From Bacteroidia bacterium (GTDB lineage: Bacteria; Bacteroidota; Bacteroidia; NS11-12g; UBA955), in the NCBI GenBank assembly GCA_030158725.1, contig JAOASJ010000031.1, positions 6,504-70,503 on the forward strand: a stretch of DNA of 64,000 nt, given 5' to 3'. Position numbers and translations under genes: made by a program. The notes below the pieces were generated by a model. That model was not told the DNA's origin. It saw only the letters and a list, made by a program, of their open reading frames with translations, and did no database searches. The first letter of the stretch is position 1. Every line of letters starts with the position of its first letter. Positions 47,102 to 55,956 of the stretch are shown piece by piece.

Positions 47102-48565
47102 TTGCATTCACCTTTTAACGTGAGAAAAGTATTCCTTAAAAATCTTTTGCTTCTTCAAGCACTTAACTTAATCATTAAGCCTGCTTGGCTTTTGTTGATC
47201 GACCGTGAAGCGCAAAATTTATTGGGACAAACCTACGGTGAATACTACCTTGTACTTAATCTTACCCTAATTGCAAACATTGTATTGGATTTAGGTATCC
47301 AAAATTTCAACAACACATCTGTGGCTGCAGATGAAAATTTTTTCAAAAACAACTTCAAAGGAATTTTCTTCCTTAAAGGCATATTATCCTCTTTATATTT
47401 CCTGGTGGTAATAGGATTGGCCATGCAATCAAGCATCCCAATGCCCAAAGATTTATTGTTAGTCTTAATAGCAAATCAAATAGTTACAAGTTTTGTCCTT
47501 TACCTAAGAAGCAATATAAATGGGCTGCATCTTTATACTGTTGATAGTTTATTGTCTGTTAGCGATAAATTCTTTGCCATACTATTATGTGTAGTTTTTT
47601 ATTTAAGCAATCAAATTAGTATTTTCAATTTCGTATTGGCTCAATTAATTGCATCTTGCATTACATTCTCTATTGCCTTGTTCATTAATTTAAAACGCTG
47701 GAAGAAAATTATAAGCGTTGGCAAGAATGAAAGTTCCGAAAAATTGAAGTCATTATTACTTAAAAGTCTTCCTTATGCGCTTTTATTTACCTTAATGAAT
47801 TTTTACACCCGCATTGACGTTAGCATGATGAATGTTATGTTGAAGGATGCTGCTTTTCATGCAGGATTGTATGCCCAAAGCTTCAGATTGCTCGATGCTT
47901 CTGCCATGTTTGCAATGCTTTTTGCTGGTTTGCTTTTGCCAATGTTTGCAAAAATGATCAAAGAACATTCAGACTTAAGACCTTTACTTAATTTATCAGC
48001 TACCATTCTTCTTATAATCTCTATAACAGTCTCAATGGCCTGTTACTTATTTGGTGAAGAAATTCTAAATGCTCTTTATCAGTTTAAAAATGAGGAGTCT
48101 CTAGCCATGTCATCATCTGTATTCAAAAACATCATGTTGGCCTTTGTTCCAATGTCTTTAATCTTTGTGTTTAGCACTCTGTTGACGGCTAAAAAGGATA
48201 TTTGGTATATGAACGGGTTTGCCTTAGCCGCTTTTATAATCAATATTTCTATCAATTATTTTTTAATACCTAAATACCAGTCGTTTGGGGCCTCAATTGG
48301 TTCTCTAATAACCCAAACAGCATTTGCTCTTTTTTGTATTTGGCGATGTGTCGTCCTATTTGAATTTAAATTACCTTATCTTCAAATTGCAAAATTTCTA
48401 GCCTTGATTTTAATTCTTGTTGGGGTTAATTTTTTCATTAAGTCATTGACAAACATTTATTTAGTCTTGTTAATCTTTGGCGCCGCCTCCGTTTTGTTCA
48501 GTGTCTTATTAAAACTAATTGATATGGATAAATTGATGGGTTTTTTTAAGAAAACCGCACAATAA
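47102..48565 (+). CDS. Polysaccharide biosynthesis / oligosaccharide flippase (Wzx-like, MOP superfamily) protein.
   Basis: 487 aa with about 12-14 TM helices, a typical Wzx topology. Confidence 0.65.
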   Translation: MHSPFNVRKVFLKNLLLLQALNLIIKPAWLLLIDREAQNLLGQTYGEYYLVLNLTLIANIVLDLGIQNFNNTSVAADENFFKNNFKGIFFLKGILSSLYFLVVIGLAMQSSIPMPKDLLLVLIANQIVTSFVLYLRSNINGLHLYTVDSLLSVSDKFFAILLCVVFYLSNQISIFNFVLAQLIASCITFSIALFINLKRWKKIISVGKNESSEKLKSLLLKSLPYALLFTLMNFYTRIDVSMMNVMLKDAAFHAGLYAQSFRLLDASAMFAMLFAGLLLPMFAKMIKEHSDLRPLLNLSATILLIISITVSMACYLFGEEILNALYQFKNEESLAMSSSVFKNIMLAFVPMSLIFVFSTLLTAKKDIWYMNGFALAAFIINISINYFLIPKYQSFGASIGSLITQTAFALFCIWRCVVLFEFKLPYLQIAKFLALILILVGVNFFIKSLTNIYLVLLIFGAASVLFSVLLKLIDMDKLMGFFKKTAQ

Positions 48566-48643
48566 AAAAATGGAGATTCTGTTAAGAACTTTCCATTCGA
48601 AAAAACCTATTTTTGCAGACTTAAGTATACCTCATTTACATAT

Positions 48644-49654
48644 ATGCAAAATCAGTTTGAAGAAATAGGCAACGGACTCATCACATTCAAAGATGTAGTC
48701 GCTTTATTTTCTAGGTGGAGAAAACAGTTAATTATTCTTGGACTTGTATCAATAGTCGTTTCGTCTATTATTTCCTTCATGTTGACTCCAAAATACCAAT
48801 CAACTGTGGTGTTTTATCCAACAACCAACAATTCAATTTCAAATGCTTTGTTGACAGATTTGAATCAAAGACAAAAAGATCCTCTAGAGTTTGGTGCTGA
48901 AGAAGAAGCTGAGAAAGCCCTTCAAATATTGCAATCATCTAAGTTAACCGAACGTTTGGTAAGAAACTACAATTTGCTGGAGCACTATAAAATAGATCCT
49001 AAAAGTAGTTTGAGAAAAACCAAACTTGCCAATAAAATAGGCGCCAATTTTAGTTTTAGCCGCACCCGTTACTTATCTATTCGCGTGGATGTAATGGATG
49101 AGGATGCTCAAATGGCTGCAAAGATGGCAAACGGTATATTGGATTTATACGATTCAATCAAAAACGAAATCCAATTGGAAGTTGCTATTCCTGCTTTAGA
49201 CATTGTTAAACGTCAAATGCAAGCAAAGGAAAATGAAATTAACAACATCAAATCTGAACTTCAAAAGCTAGGTAGCGAAGGTGTAACAAACTACGAAGAG
49301 CAATCTAGAGCCTTGAACGAGGAGATCTATAAAGCGCGTGCAGCAGGTAAAATGGACAAGGTAAGCGACTTAATTGAACAACTGAAAAGTCTTGTTCAAT
49401 TTGGTGGTCAATTCACTGCATTAACTGAAACCTTGCAATTAGAATTGGATAAATTGTCTGACCTTAAAGCAAAATATGAACGTGCTGAAGTAGACGTAAA
49501 AGAAACATTGAATAATAAATTTACCGTTAGTGGTGCTGATGTGGCTGAGCAACGTGCTTATCCTGTTCGCAAATTGATTGTTTTAGTTTCTTTAATCTGT
49601 ACCATTGGTTTTTCAGCTATATTCTTTGCAGTATACGAGAAACTTAGAAAATAA
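48644..49654 (+). CDS. Wzz-like polysaccharide chain-length determinant protein.
   Basis: N-terminal TM after a conserved Wzz-like start (ITFKDVVALFSRWRKQLIILG...PKYQSTVVFYPT). A long coiled-coil periplasmic domain and a C-terminal TM. 336 aa. Confidence 0.5.
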   Translation: MQNQFEEIGNGLITFKDVVALFSRWRKQLIILGLVSIVVSSIISFMLTPKYQSTVVFYPTTNNSISNALLTDLNQRQKDPLEFGAEEEAEKALQILQSSKLTERLVRNYNLLEHYKIDPKSSLRKTKLANKIGANFSFSRTRYLSIRVDVMDEDAQMAAKMANGILDLYDSIKNEIQLEVAIPALDIVKRQMQAKENEINNIKSELQKLGSEGVTNYEEQSRALNEEIYKARAAGKMDKVSDLIEQLKSLVQFGGQFTALTETLQLELDKLSDLKAKYERAEVDVKETLNNKFTVSGADVAEQRAYPVRKLIVLVSLICTIGFSAIFFAVYEKLRK

Positions 49655-49656
49655 GC

Positions 49657-51117
49657 TTGAGCTTTTCCCAAGTCATATTGTCTAAAAAAGAAAATCAGCT
49701 GATTTTCGGTTTTGGTGCTTTTTCAATTCTTATTGGAATTGCAGGCATATTGATGGATTTTTATCTAGTTGCTTTATTGCCGTTTGGACTGGGCTTGTTT
49801 TTCTTGTGTTATTATAAACCGGCCTTTTATGTATTGTTAATTTGTTTTCTGGTTCCCTTGTCTGTATTTATTGATGATGTTGGTGGTGGCTTAGGCCTAT
49901 CTATTCCTACAGAACCAATGATATGGATAGTGTTTGTAATGTATGTTTTTCAGCAGGTTTTAACTGGAAAATTTGAATTGAAATTCATGAAAATGCCTCT
50001 GGTGCTTTTTATTTTAATCAATTTGTTTTGGATGGTTTTGTCTGCACTTAATAGCACCATACCTTTAGTTTCAATCAAATATTTATTGGCGAGACTATGG
50101 TTTGTTTCTGTCTTCTTTTTCTTTTTATTTAAAATATTTCAAAACCAAAACTATATCCGCCGTTACTTTTCATACATGTTGTATGGAACCGCTTTGGTGG
50201 TTGGTTTTACTTTGATTAAACACGGTGCTGAAGGGTTTTCGAGAGGTTGGGGGTATTCAATCATGCAGCCGTTTTTTGGTGACCATACCATTTATTCAGC
50301 CTACATCGCCTTTTTTGTTCCCATTGCAGTGGTTTTCGCCATGCGTGGCAATTGGTTTAAATTTACTATCCTTCACCGCCTAATTTTTGCTGGCATAGCC
50401 TTGGTGTTAATTTTAGGCATCATATTTTCTTTTACACGTGCATCTTGGATTAGTCTAATTGCTGCTATTGGATTTTATATCATTATGAAATTCAAAGTTA
50501 AGTTCAAACATTTAATGCTTGCACTTGGTCTTATTGTAGCTGTGGCTTTTATTAAACAAGATCAGATACTATACAGTTTGGAAAGCAATAAACAGGGTAG
50601 TGCCGACGATTTAGAATCGCATGCCGCTTCAGTTTCAAATATAAGTACCGATCCTTCTAACCTAGAGCGTCTCAACCGCTGGCAATGTGCTGTCTTGATG
50701 TTTAAGGAAAAACCAGTATTTGGTTTTGGACCAGGAACCTATACTTTTCAATATGCACCTTTTCAAAGACCGGAAAGCTTAACCCTGATCAGTACCAATA
50801 GTGGTGATTTAGGAAATACACACAACGAATATTTAAATGCACTTTCTGAAATGGGTTTAATAGGTGCTTTGTCCTGGTTAGGCGTTTTTCTCGCTTCAAT
50901 TTACACAGGCATGAGTGTGGCTTATGATGAAAGTAAAGAGTCTTGGAAAAGAAGTTTGGCCACCGCTACAGTCCTTGGTCTAATCACCTATTACATACAC
51001 GCTTTCTTAAATAACTTTAGCGACTTTGACAAAATTGCTGTTCCACTTTGGGGCTTCATGGCTGTATTAGCGGCTTTGAAATATTACCAAAATCAAGAGC
51101 AAAGTAACTCTTTCTAA
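49657..51117 (+). CDS. O-antigen ligase (Wzy/WaaL) family protein.
   Basis: 486 aa polytopic membrane protein with a large periplasmic loop near the C-terminus, typical of O-antigen ligases. A non-ATG start is likely. Confidence 0.6.
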   Translation: MSFSQVILSKKENQLIFGFGAFSILIGIAGILMDFYLVALLPFGLGLFFLCYYKPAFYVLLICFLVPLSVFIDDVGGGLGLSIPTEPMIWIVFVMYVFQQVLTGKFELKFMKMPLVLFILINLFWMVLSALNSTIPLVSIKYLLARLWFVSVFFFFLFKIFQNQNYIRRYFSYMLYGTALVVGFTLIKHGAEGFSRGWGYSIMQPFFGDHTIYSAYIAFFVPIAVVFAMRGNWFKFTILHRLIFAGIALVLILGIIFSFTRASWISLIAAIGFYIIMKFKVKFKHLMLALGLIVAVAFIKQDQILYSLESNKQGSADDLESHAASVSNISTDPSNLERLNRWQCAVLMFKEKPVFGFGPGTYTFQYAPFQRPESLTLISTNSGDLGNTHNEYLNALSEMGLIGALSWLGVFLASIYTGMSVAYDESKESWKRSLATATVLGLITYYIHAFLNNFSDFDKIAVPLWGFMAVLAALKYYQNQEQSNSF

Positions 51118-51674
51118 TTGTTGGGATACAAATACTTCAAGTGTTTCTTCTTTAACTTAAATCCTTTGGATTGGTATATCTTTAAATTGTAATAGTTAAA
51201 ATTGATTCTTGGTCCATTTATAAGCAACGGACCAAAAAGACTTATAACAGAACCACTAAATATTAACATGGTTCCAATGACATCCCCCAATATCCCCAAA
51301 CCCAATAAAGTATAGCCACCATAAGCAGCTGAAATGCCGTATGGGATACTTAAAAGCCCCAAGCCTGTAAATACCAAATTAGGGTTTTTTAGTTTTCTTA
51401 TTTGATTGATGTTAAAGGTATCGCATTTTAAATTCAATGAATTTGTTAGTGAAAAAACCGTGTCGTTGATAATTTTTAAATGCCCTCTACATTTTTTACC
51501 ATCTTTGCTAACCGCCAATAAGCGTTTGCCTTCTGTAAATATTTTAGAATAAATATTGAGTCCAGTCGATTTGCAAATTAAATACTTTCGAGTAATAGAA
51601 TCGTTTTGCGTTTGGGCATGAGCAAAACTGAATGAAAATAATAACACAATTAGTAATAGCTTGAAATGAAACAT
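51114..51674 (-). CDS. Hypothetical secreted/membrane protein.
   Basis: Signal peptide and a C-terminal Gly-rich TM hairpin. No recognisable domain. Confidence 0.35.
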   Translation of the reverse strand: MFHFKLLLIVLLFSFSFAHAQTQNDSITRKYLICKSTGLNIYSKIFTEGKRLLAVSKDGKKCRGHLKIINDTVFSLTNSLNLKCDTFNINQIRKLKNPNLVFTGLGLLSIPYGISAAYGGYTLLGLGILGDVIGTMLIFSGSVISLFGPLLINGPRINFNYYNLKIYQSKGFKLKKKHLKYLYPNN

Positions 51675-51794
51675 ATTCTTAATACAATTTAATTTCCGTT
51701 AGCCCCCAAAATGTCTTTTAAAATAAAACTGAAAAAAGCCTATAAATAATTTTGAACTTCAAATTTTTATGAATACTTTTGCATCCCTTTAAAA

Positions 51795-51881
51795 GCCCAG
51801 GTGGCGGAATTGGTAGACGCGCTGGTCTCAAACACCTGTGGGTTCACCCCCGTACCGGTTCGACTCCGGTCCTGGGCACCA
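51795..51881 (+). tRNA. tRNA-Leu (anticodon CAA), type II with a long variable arm.
   Basis: Perfect 7-bp acceptor stem (GCCCAGG/CCTGGGC) plus a CCA end. Leu-type D-loop TGGCGGAATTGGTAGACGC. Anticodon loop CTCAAAC with U33, anticodon CAA and A37. T-arm CCGGTTCGACTCCGG. Confidence 0.85.
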
Positions 51882-51885
51882 AAGT

Positions 51886-51916
51886 AAAAACCTTGATAGA
51901 AATGTCAAGGTTTTTT
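51886..51916 (+). terminator. Rho-independent terminator downstream of tRNA-Leu.
   Basis: A-run, then ccttga-tagaaatg-tcaagg, then a T6 run. Confidence 0.6.
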
Positions 51917-52007
51917 GTTTTTTAATGCTGTTTTTTTATTTCTTAAAAACATTTACACATTTTAGAATTTCATTATTTCAAGCGTGTAATTTGTATAATT
52001 TTGCAAT

Positions 52008-53285
52008 ATGAATATTTTGATTCTTGGGAGCGGTGGTAGAGAGCATGTTTTTGCAGATAAAATTAGTAAAAGTCCCTTGTGTGATAAGCTTTTTATTGCA
52101 CCTGGAAATGCTGGAACTGCAGAGTGTGGAACCAATTTGCCAATCTCTCCACTTGATTTTGCTGCCATTGAAAACGCTTGTATTGAACATCAAATCCATT
52201 TAATTGTTCCAGGCAATGAAGATCCTTTGGTGGCTGGTATAGTTGATTTTATTGAATCCAATGAGAAATTAAGTAATGTTTTAATTGCAGGTCCCAATAA
52301 AGCAGGAGCCCAACTTGAGGGAAGTAAAGATTTTTCAAAAGCTCTTATGCAAAAAAACAATATTCCCACTGCGGCTTATTGTACTGTTGAAAAACATAAT
52401 ATAGATGAAGGTTTTGCTTTCTTAGAATCATTAAAACCACCTTATGTTTTGAAAGCAGATGGTTTAGCAGCTGGTAAAGGTGTTTTGATTGAAACAGATT
52501 TGCAAGTAGCAAAAAATAATTTAGCAGAAATGCTAAATGGTAAATTTGGTGCCTCTAGCGCGAAAGTGGTTATTGAGGAGTTCTTGCATGGTATTGAATT
52601 GTCAGTTTTTGTATTGACAGATGGCGAACATTATTTAATGCTCCCTTCAGCTAAAGACTATAAACGTATTGGTGAAGGCGACCAAGGTTTAAACACCGGT
52701 GGAATGGGTGCAATTTCTCCAGTTCCTTTTGCCGATAAAGCCTTTATCGATAAGGTTGAACAAAGAATTGTTATCCCAACCATTCAGGGTTTGAAAAACG
52801 ATGGAATAACCTACAAAGGCTTCTTGTTTATTGGTTTGATGAATGTCGATGGCGAACCGAAAGTGATTGAATACAATTGCCGTATGGGGGATCCTGAAAC
52901 TGAAGTTGTATTACACAGAGTGAAAACAGACTTGCTCGAATTAATGCTAGCAACCTGCAAAGGCAATATCAACGAAGTGAATTTAGAAATTGATGAACAA
53001 ACTGCTGTGACTGTTTTCTTAGTTTCTGGCGGATACCCTGAAGATTTTGTTAAAGGCTATACTATTTCAGGTTTAGACCATATCTCAAATTCAAAAGTTT
53101 ACCAAGCTGGAACTAAAAACGAAAATGGTAATATTGTTACCAATGGAGGTAGAGTATTGGCCATTACTTCAACTGGCAACAATATAAAAGATGCTTTATC
53201 TATTTCAATGCAAAATGCCGAAAAGATTCAGTTTACCGACAAGTATTACAGAAAAGATATAGGATTAGATTTATTAAATTTATAA
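52008..53285 (+). CDS. purD: Phosphoribosylamine--glycine ligase.
   Basis: N-terminal MNILILGSGGREH and an ATP-grasp core. 425 aa. A possible TAATTTTG -7 box lies 4 nt upstream of the ATG, which suggests a leaderless transcript. Confidence 0.9.
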   Translation: MNILILGSGGREHVFADKISKSPLCDKLFIAPGNAGTAECGTNLPISPLDFAAIENACIEHQIHLIVPGNEDPLVAGIVDFIESNEKLSNVLIAGPNKAGAQLEGSKDFSKALMQKNNIPTAAYCTVEKHNIDEGFAFLESLKPPYVLKADGLAAGKGVLIETDLQVAKNNLAEMLNGKFGASSAKVVIEEFLHGIELSVFVLTDGEHYLMLPSAKDYKRIGEGDQGLNTGGMGAISPVPFADKAFIDKVEQRIVIPTIQGLKNDGITYKGFLFIGLMNVDGEPKVIEYNCRMGDPETEVVLHRVKTDLLELMLATCKGNINEVNLEIDEQTAVTVFLVSGGYPEDFVKGYTISGLDHISNSKVYQAGTKNENGNIVTNGGRVLAITSTGNNIKDALSISMQNAEKIQFTDKYYRKDIGLDLLNL

Positions 53286-53881
53286 TGAACAAATTCAGAC
53301 ACGAACGCGTTAGACAAAGGCTTAGTACTAGGTTTCTTAAATATTTTTTTAGAGGCTTATTAATCTCAATTCCTTTAGTTGCTACTGCTGCTATAATCAT
53401 TTGGTTGTTTCAAACCATTGACAACATTTTAGGAGAAGACCATATTCCTGGATTGGGAATTTTAATTATTCTATCCATTATTTTATTTGTTGGATTTATA
53501 GGTTCTTCTTATGTGGCCAAACCATTTATCGATTGGTTCGACGATTGGTTAGAGAAAACACCGGGTATTAAGTTTTTATATTCTTCCGTTAAAGATATTA
53601 TGGAAGCATTTGTGGGTGAAAAGAAAAAGTTTTCAGAACCTGTAATTGTTGAATTGGCCGCTGATGGTGTTTACAAAGCTGGATTTATAACCAAGAAGGA
53701 CTTAAAAACTATCGGTCTTGAAGGTTATGCGGCTGTGTATTTTCCTAAATCATACGGATTTGTTGGTGATATGTATTTCGTGAAAAACGAAAAGATAAAG
53801 CCTCTAAATGCTAACCCTACCGATGTCTTTAAGATGATTGTTTCCGGGGGCGTAACTGGCGTCGATGATTCAGACGTTTAA
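53285..53881 (+). CDS. DUF502 family membrane protein.
   Basis: 198 aa with 2 N-terminal TM helices and a DUF502-like pattern. The start overlaps the purD stop (TAATGA). Its 3' end overlaps the convergent gene by about 53 nt. Confidence 0.55.
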   Translation: MNKFRHERVRQRLSTRFLKYFFRGLLISIPLVATAAIIIWLFQTIDNILGEDHIPGLGILIILSIILFVGFIGSSYVAKPFIDWFDDWLEKTPGIKFLYSSVKDIMEAFVGEKKKFSEPVIVELAADGVYKAGFITKKDLKTIGLEGYAAVYFPKSYGFVGDMYFVKNEKIKPLNANPTDVFKMIVSGGVTGVDDSDV

Positions 53882-54539
53882 ACCATTCGTATAATCCAAT
53901 ACACATGGCCAACATGGCCATATTGTATAAGAAATCTTCTATAGGAATACTTCCCAATCTAAATCCTGTAATCTCTGCCTCATTGTAATGTACAACGGGG
54001 AAAGCTGTTAATAGTCCGTTGACGATTAACATAGGTATTAAGGAAACAACAAAAGCAAAGTAAAACCAACTCATATACCTTCTTCTAATAACCATCAAAT
54101 GTGTGCCCAACAACAAGGATAAAAACAGTGAGGTTAATGCGGTATATAAATGGTCATTAAACCAATAAAGCAATGAGCATGAAATACCGAAAAATAGGAG
54201 GGTAAACCAGCGGTAAAGTTCTTCAAATGTTTCACTTCTTCCTATATAGGCCCTCAAACATTCGTAGATGAATATACAAGCATATGGTACCGTGAAGAAA
54301 AACATGACTTCTTCAATAGGAAGATCATAAACGTAATAGGAACAAAGATAAATTGAGTTAAAGCCCCAAACATGCATTTGAGCAAACCATTGGTCCCATA
54401 ACAAGAACAAAACAGCAGTGATTGCGATAGCAGGGAAGGCCTGTGGCCAAAATTTATAAAAGGCGACTTTTTTGTCGAATGACAAAATAAATGGAAACAA
54501 AATCGTTCCCAAATTTATCCATAAATACAAATTATTCAT
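53829..54539 (-). CDS. Fused lycopene cyclase domain (CrtYcd-type) membrane protein.
   Basis: Two copies of the lycopene-cyclase-domain PxE(E/D) motif (DLPIEEVMFFF and GSIPIEDFLY) in a 6-7 TM protein. The start is set at MNNLYLW, so it overlaps the upstream sigma factor stop by 4 nt. Confidence 0.5.
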   Translation of the reverse strand: MNNLYLWINLGTILFPFILSFDKKVAFYKFWPQAFPAIAITAVLFLLWDQWFAQMHVWGFNSIYLCSYYVYDLPIEEVMFFFTVPYACIFIYECLRAYIGRSETFEELYRWFTLLFFGISCSLLYWFNDHLYTALTSLFLSLLLGTHLMVIRRRYMSWFYFAFVVSLIPMLIVNGLLTAFPVVHYNEAEITGFRLGSIPIEDFLYNMAMLAMCIGLYEWFKRLNHRRQLRPRKQSS

Positions 54540-55104
54540 TAACCGTCTTGTGCGTTGCGAAATCCTCGCCATACACATGAAGTTTTTGACGAAGAATTCT
54601 TCTTGCTACAAATATACGGGTTTTTACTGTGCCAATTGGAATGTTCAACTCCTCGGCTATTTCCTGATATTTGAACCCTTCTGTGTTCAACATAAAGGTT
54701 ACCTTTAAGTCTGTAGGCAATTGAGAAATGGCAGTTTCTAAATCCTTTCTAATAAATTTCAACTCAGCATCGTTGTCAGTTTTATGAGATGGTAAATCTA
54801 AAAAATAGGTATTGTCAGTTGTGTCAATAAAGGTGTTCCTTTTTGACATTCTGCGGTATTGATTGATAAAACTATTTTTTAGAATAGTAAACAACCAAGC
54901 ACGCAAATTGCTGCCTTCGTGAAATTTGTCTTTGTAGCGCAATGCTTTTAAATACGTCTCCTGGACTAAGTCCTTAGCATCATCACTGTTTCTTGTAAGT
55001 TGAATCGCTAAAGTTCTAAGAGCTTTGCTTTCTGATTTCAATTTTTCTTCAAAATTCAAATCCAATACAGAAGTGTTTGTCGTATTCATGGGAGCAAATC
55101 TCAT
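54532..55104 (-). CDS. RNA polymerase ECF-type sigma-70 factor.
   Basis: Region 2 (DLVQETYLKALRYKDKF) and region 4 HTH (YQEIAEELNIPIGTVKTRIFVARRIL). 190 aa. Confidence 0.8.
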   Translation of the reverse strand: MRFAPMNTTNTSVLDLNFEEKLKSESKALRTLAIQLTRNSDDAKDLVQETYLKALRYKDKFHEGSNLRAWLFTILKNSFINQYRRMSKRNTFIDTTDNTYFLDLPSHKTDNDAELKFIRKDLETAISQLPTDLKVTFMLNTEGFKYQEIAEELNIPIGTVKTRIFVARRILRQKLHVYGEDFATHKTVNE

Positions 55105-55274
55105 GTTTAATAATGTTTAATGAATCTTGTTTTGTTTAAGAACGTTCAGATTTTTCTTAAACGAATTTAATACTTACTTTAAAATGAGTGATTTATATAA
55201 AATTTCTATAAAGATATAGTAGATTTCTTTGGTGTTAATACATTATAAATAATTGATTTTCATGTTAAGTTCAT

Positions 55275-55310
55275 CTTAATTACTGTTGAAGTCTTTAAAC
55301 AGTAATTAAG
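55275..55310. promoter_or_regulatory. Perfect 13-bp inverted repeat with a 10-bp spacer, a candidate operator or RNA hairpin in the divergent intergenic region.
   Basis: cttaattactgtt-gaagtcttta-aacagtaattaag. It lies about 170 nt upstream of the sigma factor start on the minus strand and about 235 nt upstream of queD. Confidence 0.4.
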
Positions 55311-55507
55311 CTAGGTATTTGCTTTTAAATTGATTTAAGTATATGTAAATAAGCATATTGATTATAAATATAGGCTTTTTATTTTGTGTAAGAAAAGGTA
55401 AACAATAACTAGAGTATGTTAAGAGTAGATTCTTACTTGTAATGAATTCGATTATCGATTTTTAAGATAAGATTTTAGAGCGATTTTATTTAAGTTTGCT
55501 ATTCCCA

Positions 55508-55532
55508 AAACTATTTAGACTTTAAATAGTTT
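55508..55532. promoter_or_regulatory. Perfect 10-bp inverted repeat immediately upstream of the queD start codon.
   Basis: aaactattta-gactt-taaatagttt. It ends 13 nt before the queD ATG, covering the expected ribosome-binding or TSS region. Confidence 0.4.
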
Positions 55533-55545
55533 ATTAACTATCAAA

Positions 55546-55956
55546 ATGAAGGTATCCGTTTTTAGAAAAGCCCACTTTAATGCTGCACATAGATTGCACA
55601 ACGCCAATTTAAGTGATGAAGAAAATAAAAAATTATTTGGCCTGTGCAACAACCCAAATTACCATGGACATAACTATATGTTAGAACTTAAAGTGAAAGG
55701 TGAGGTTGATCCAATTACTGGTTTTGTTATTGACACCAAAATACTAAAGGACTTAATTCAAACTGAAGTACATGATTGTTTTGATCACCGCAACCTTAAT
55801 TTAGATACTGCTGAATTTAAAACCTTAAACCCTAGCGCTGAAAATATTGCTATTGTAATTTGGAATAAAATGAGAGCAAAACTTCCACAAACCCTTGAAG
55901 TAAGTCTTAGACTATACGAAACTGAAAATAATTACGTCGAATTTGACGGCAAATAA
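55546..55956 (+). CDS. queD: 6-carboxy-5,6,7,8-tetrahydropterin synthase / 6-pyruvoyl-tetrahydropterin synthase.
   Basis: PTPS signature FRKAHFNAAHRL...CNNPNYHGHNY with Zn-binding His residues. 136 aa. Confidence 0.85.
   Translation: MKVSVFRKAHFNAAHRLHNANLSDEENKKLFGLCNNPNYHGHNYMLELKVKGEVDPITGFVIDTKILKDLIQTEVHDCFDHRNLNLDTAEFKTLNPSAENIAIVIWNKMRAKLPQTLEVSLRLYETENNYVEFDGK

Noticed and set aside
51795-51881. A possible U-U mismatch in the tRNA-Leu anticodon stem, which could hint at a pseudo-tRNA.
   Set aside because: The acceptor, D, T and variable arms are all canonical and the CCA end is encoded. A single non-Watson-Crick pair in the anticodon stem is tolerated. It may also reflect my manual parsing.
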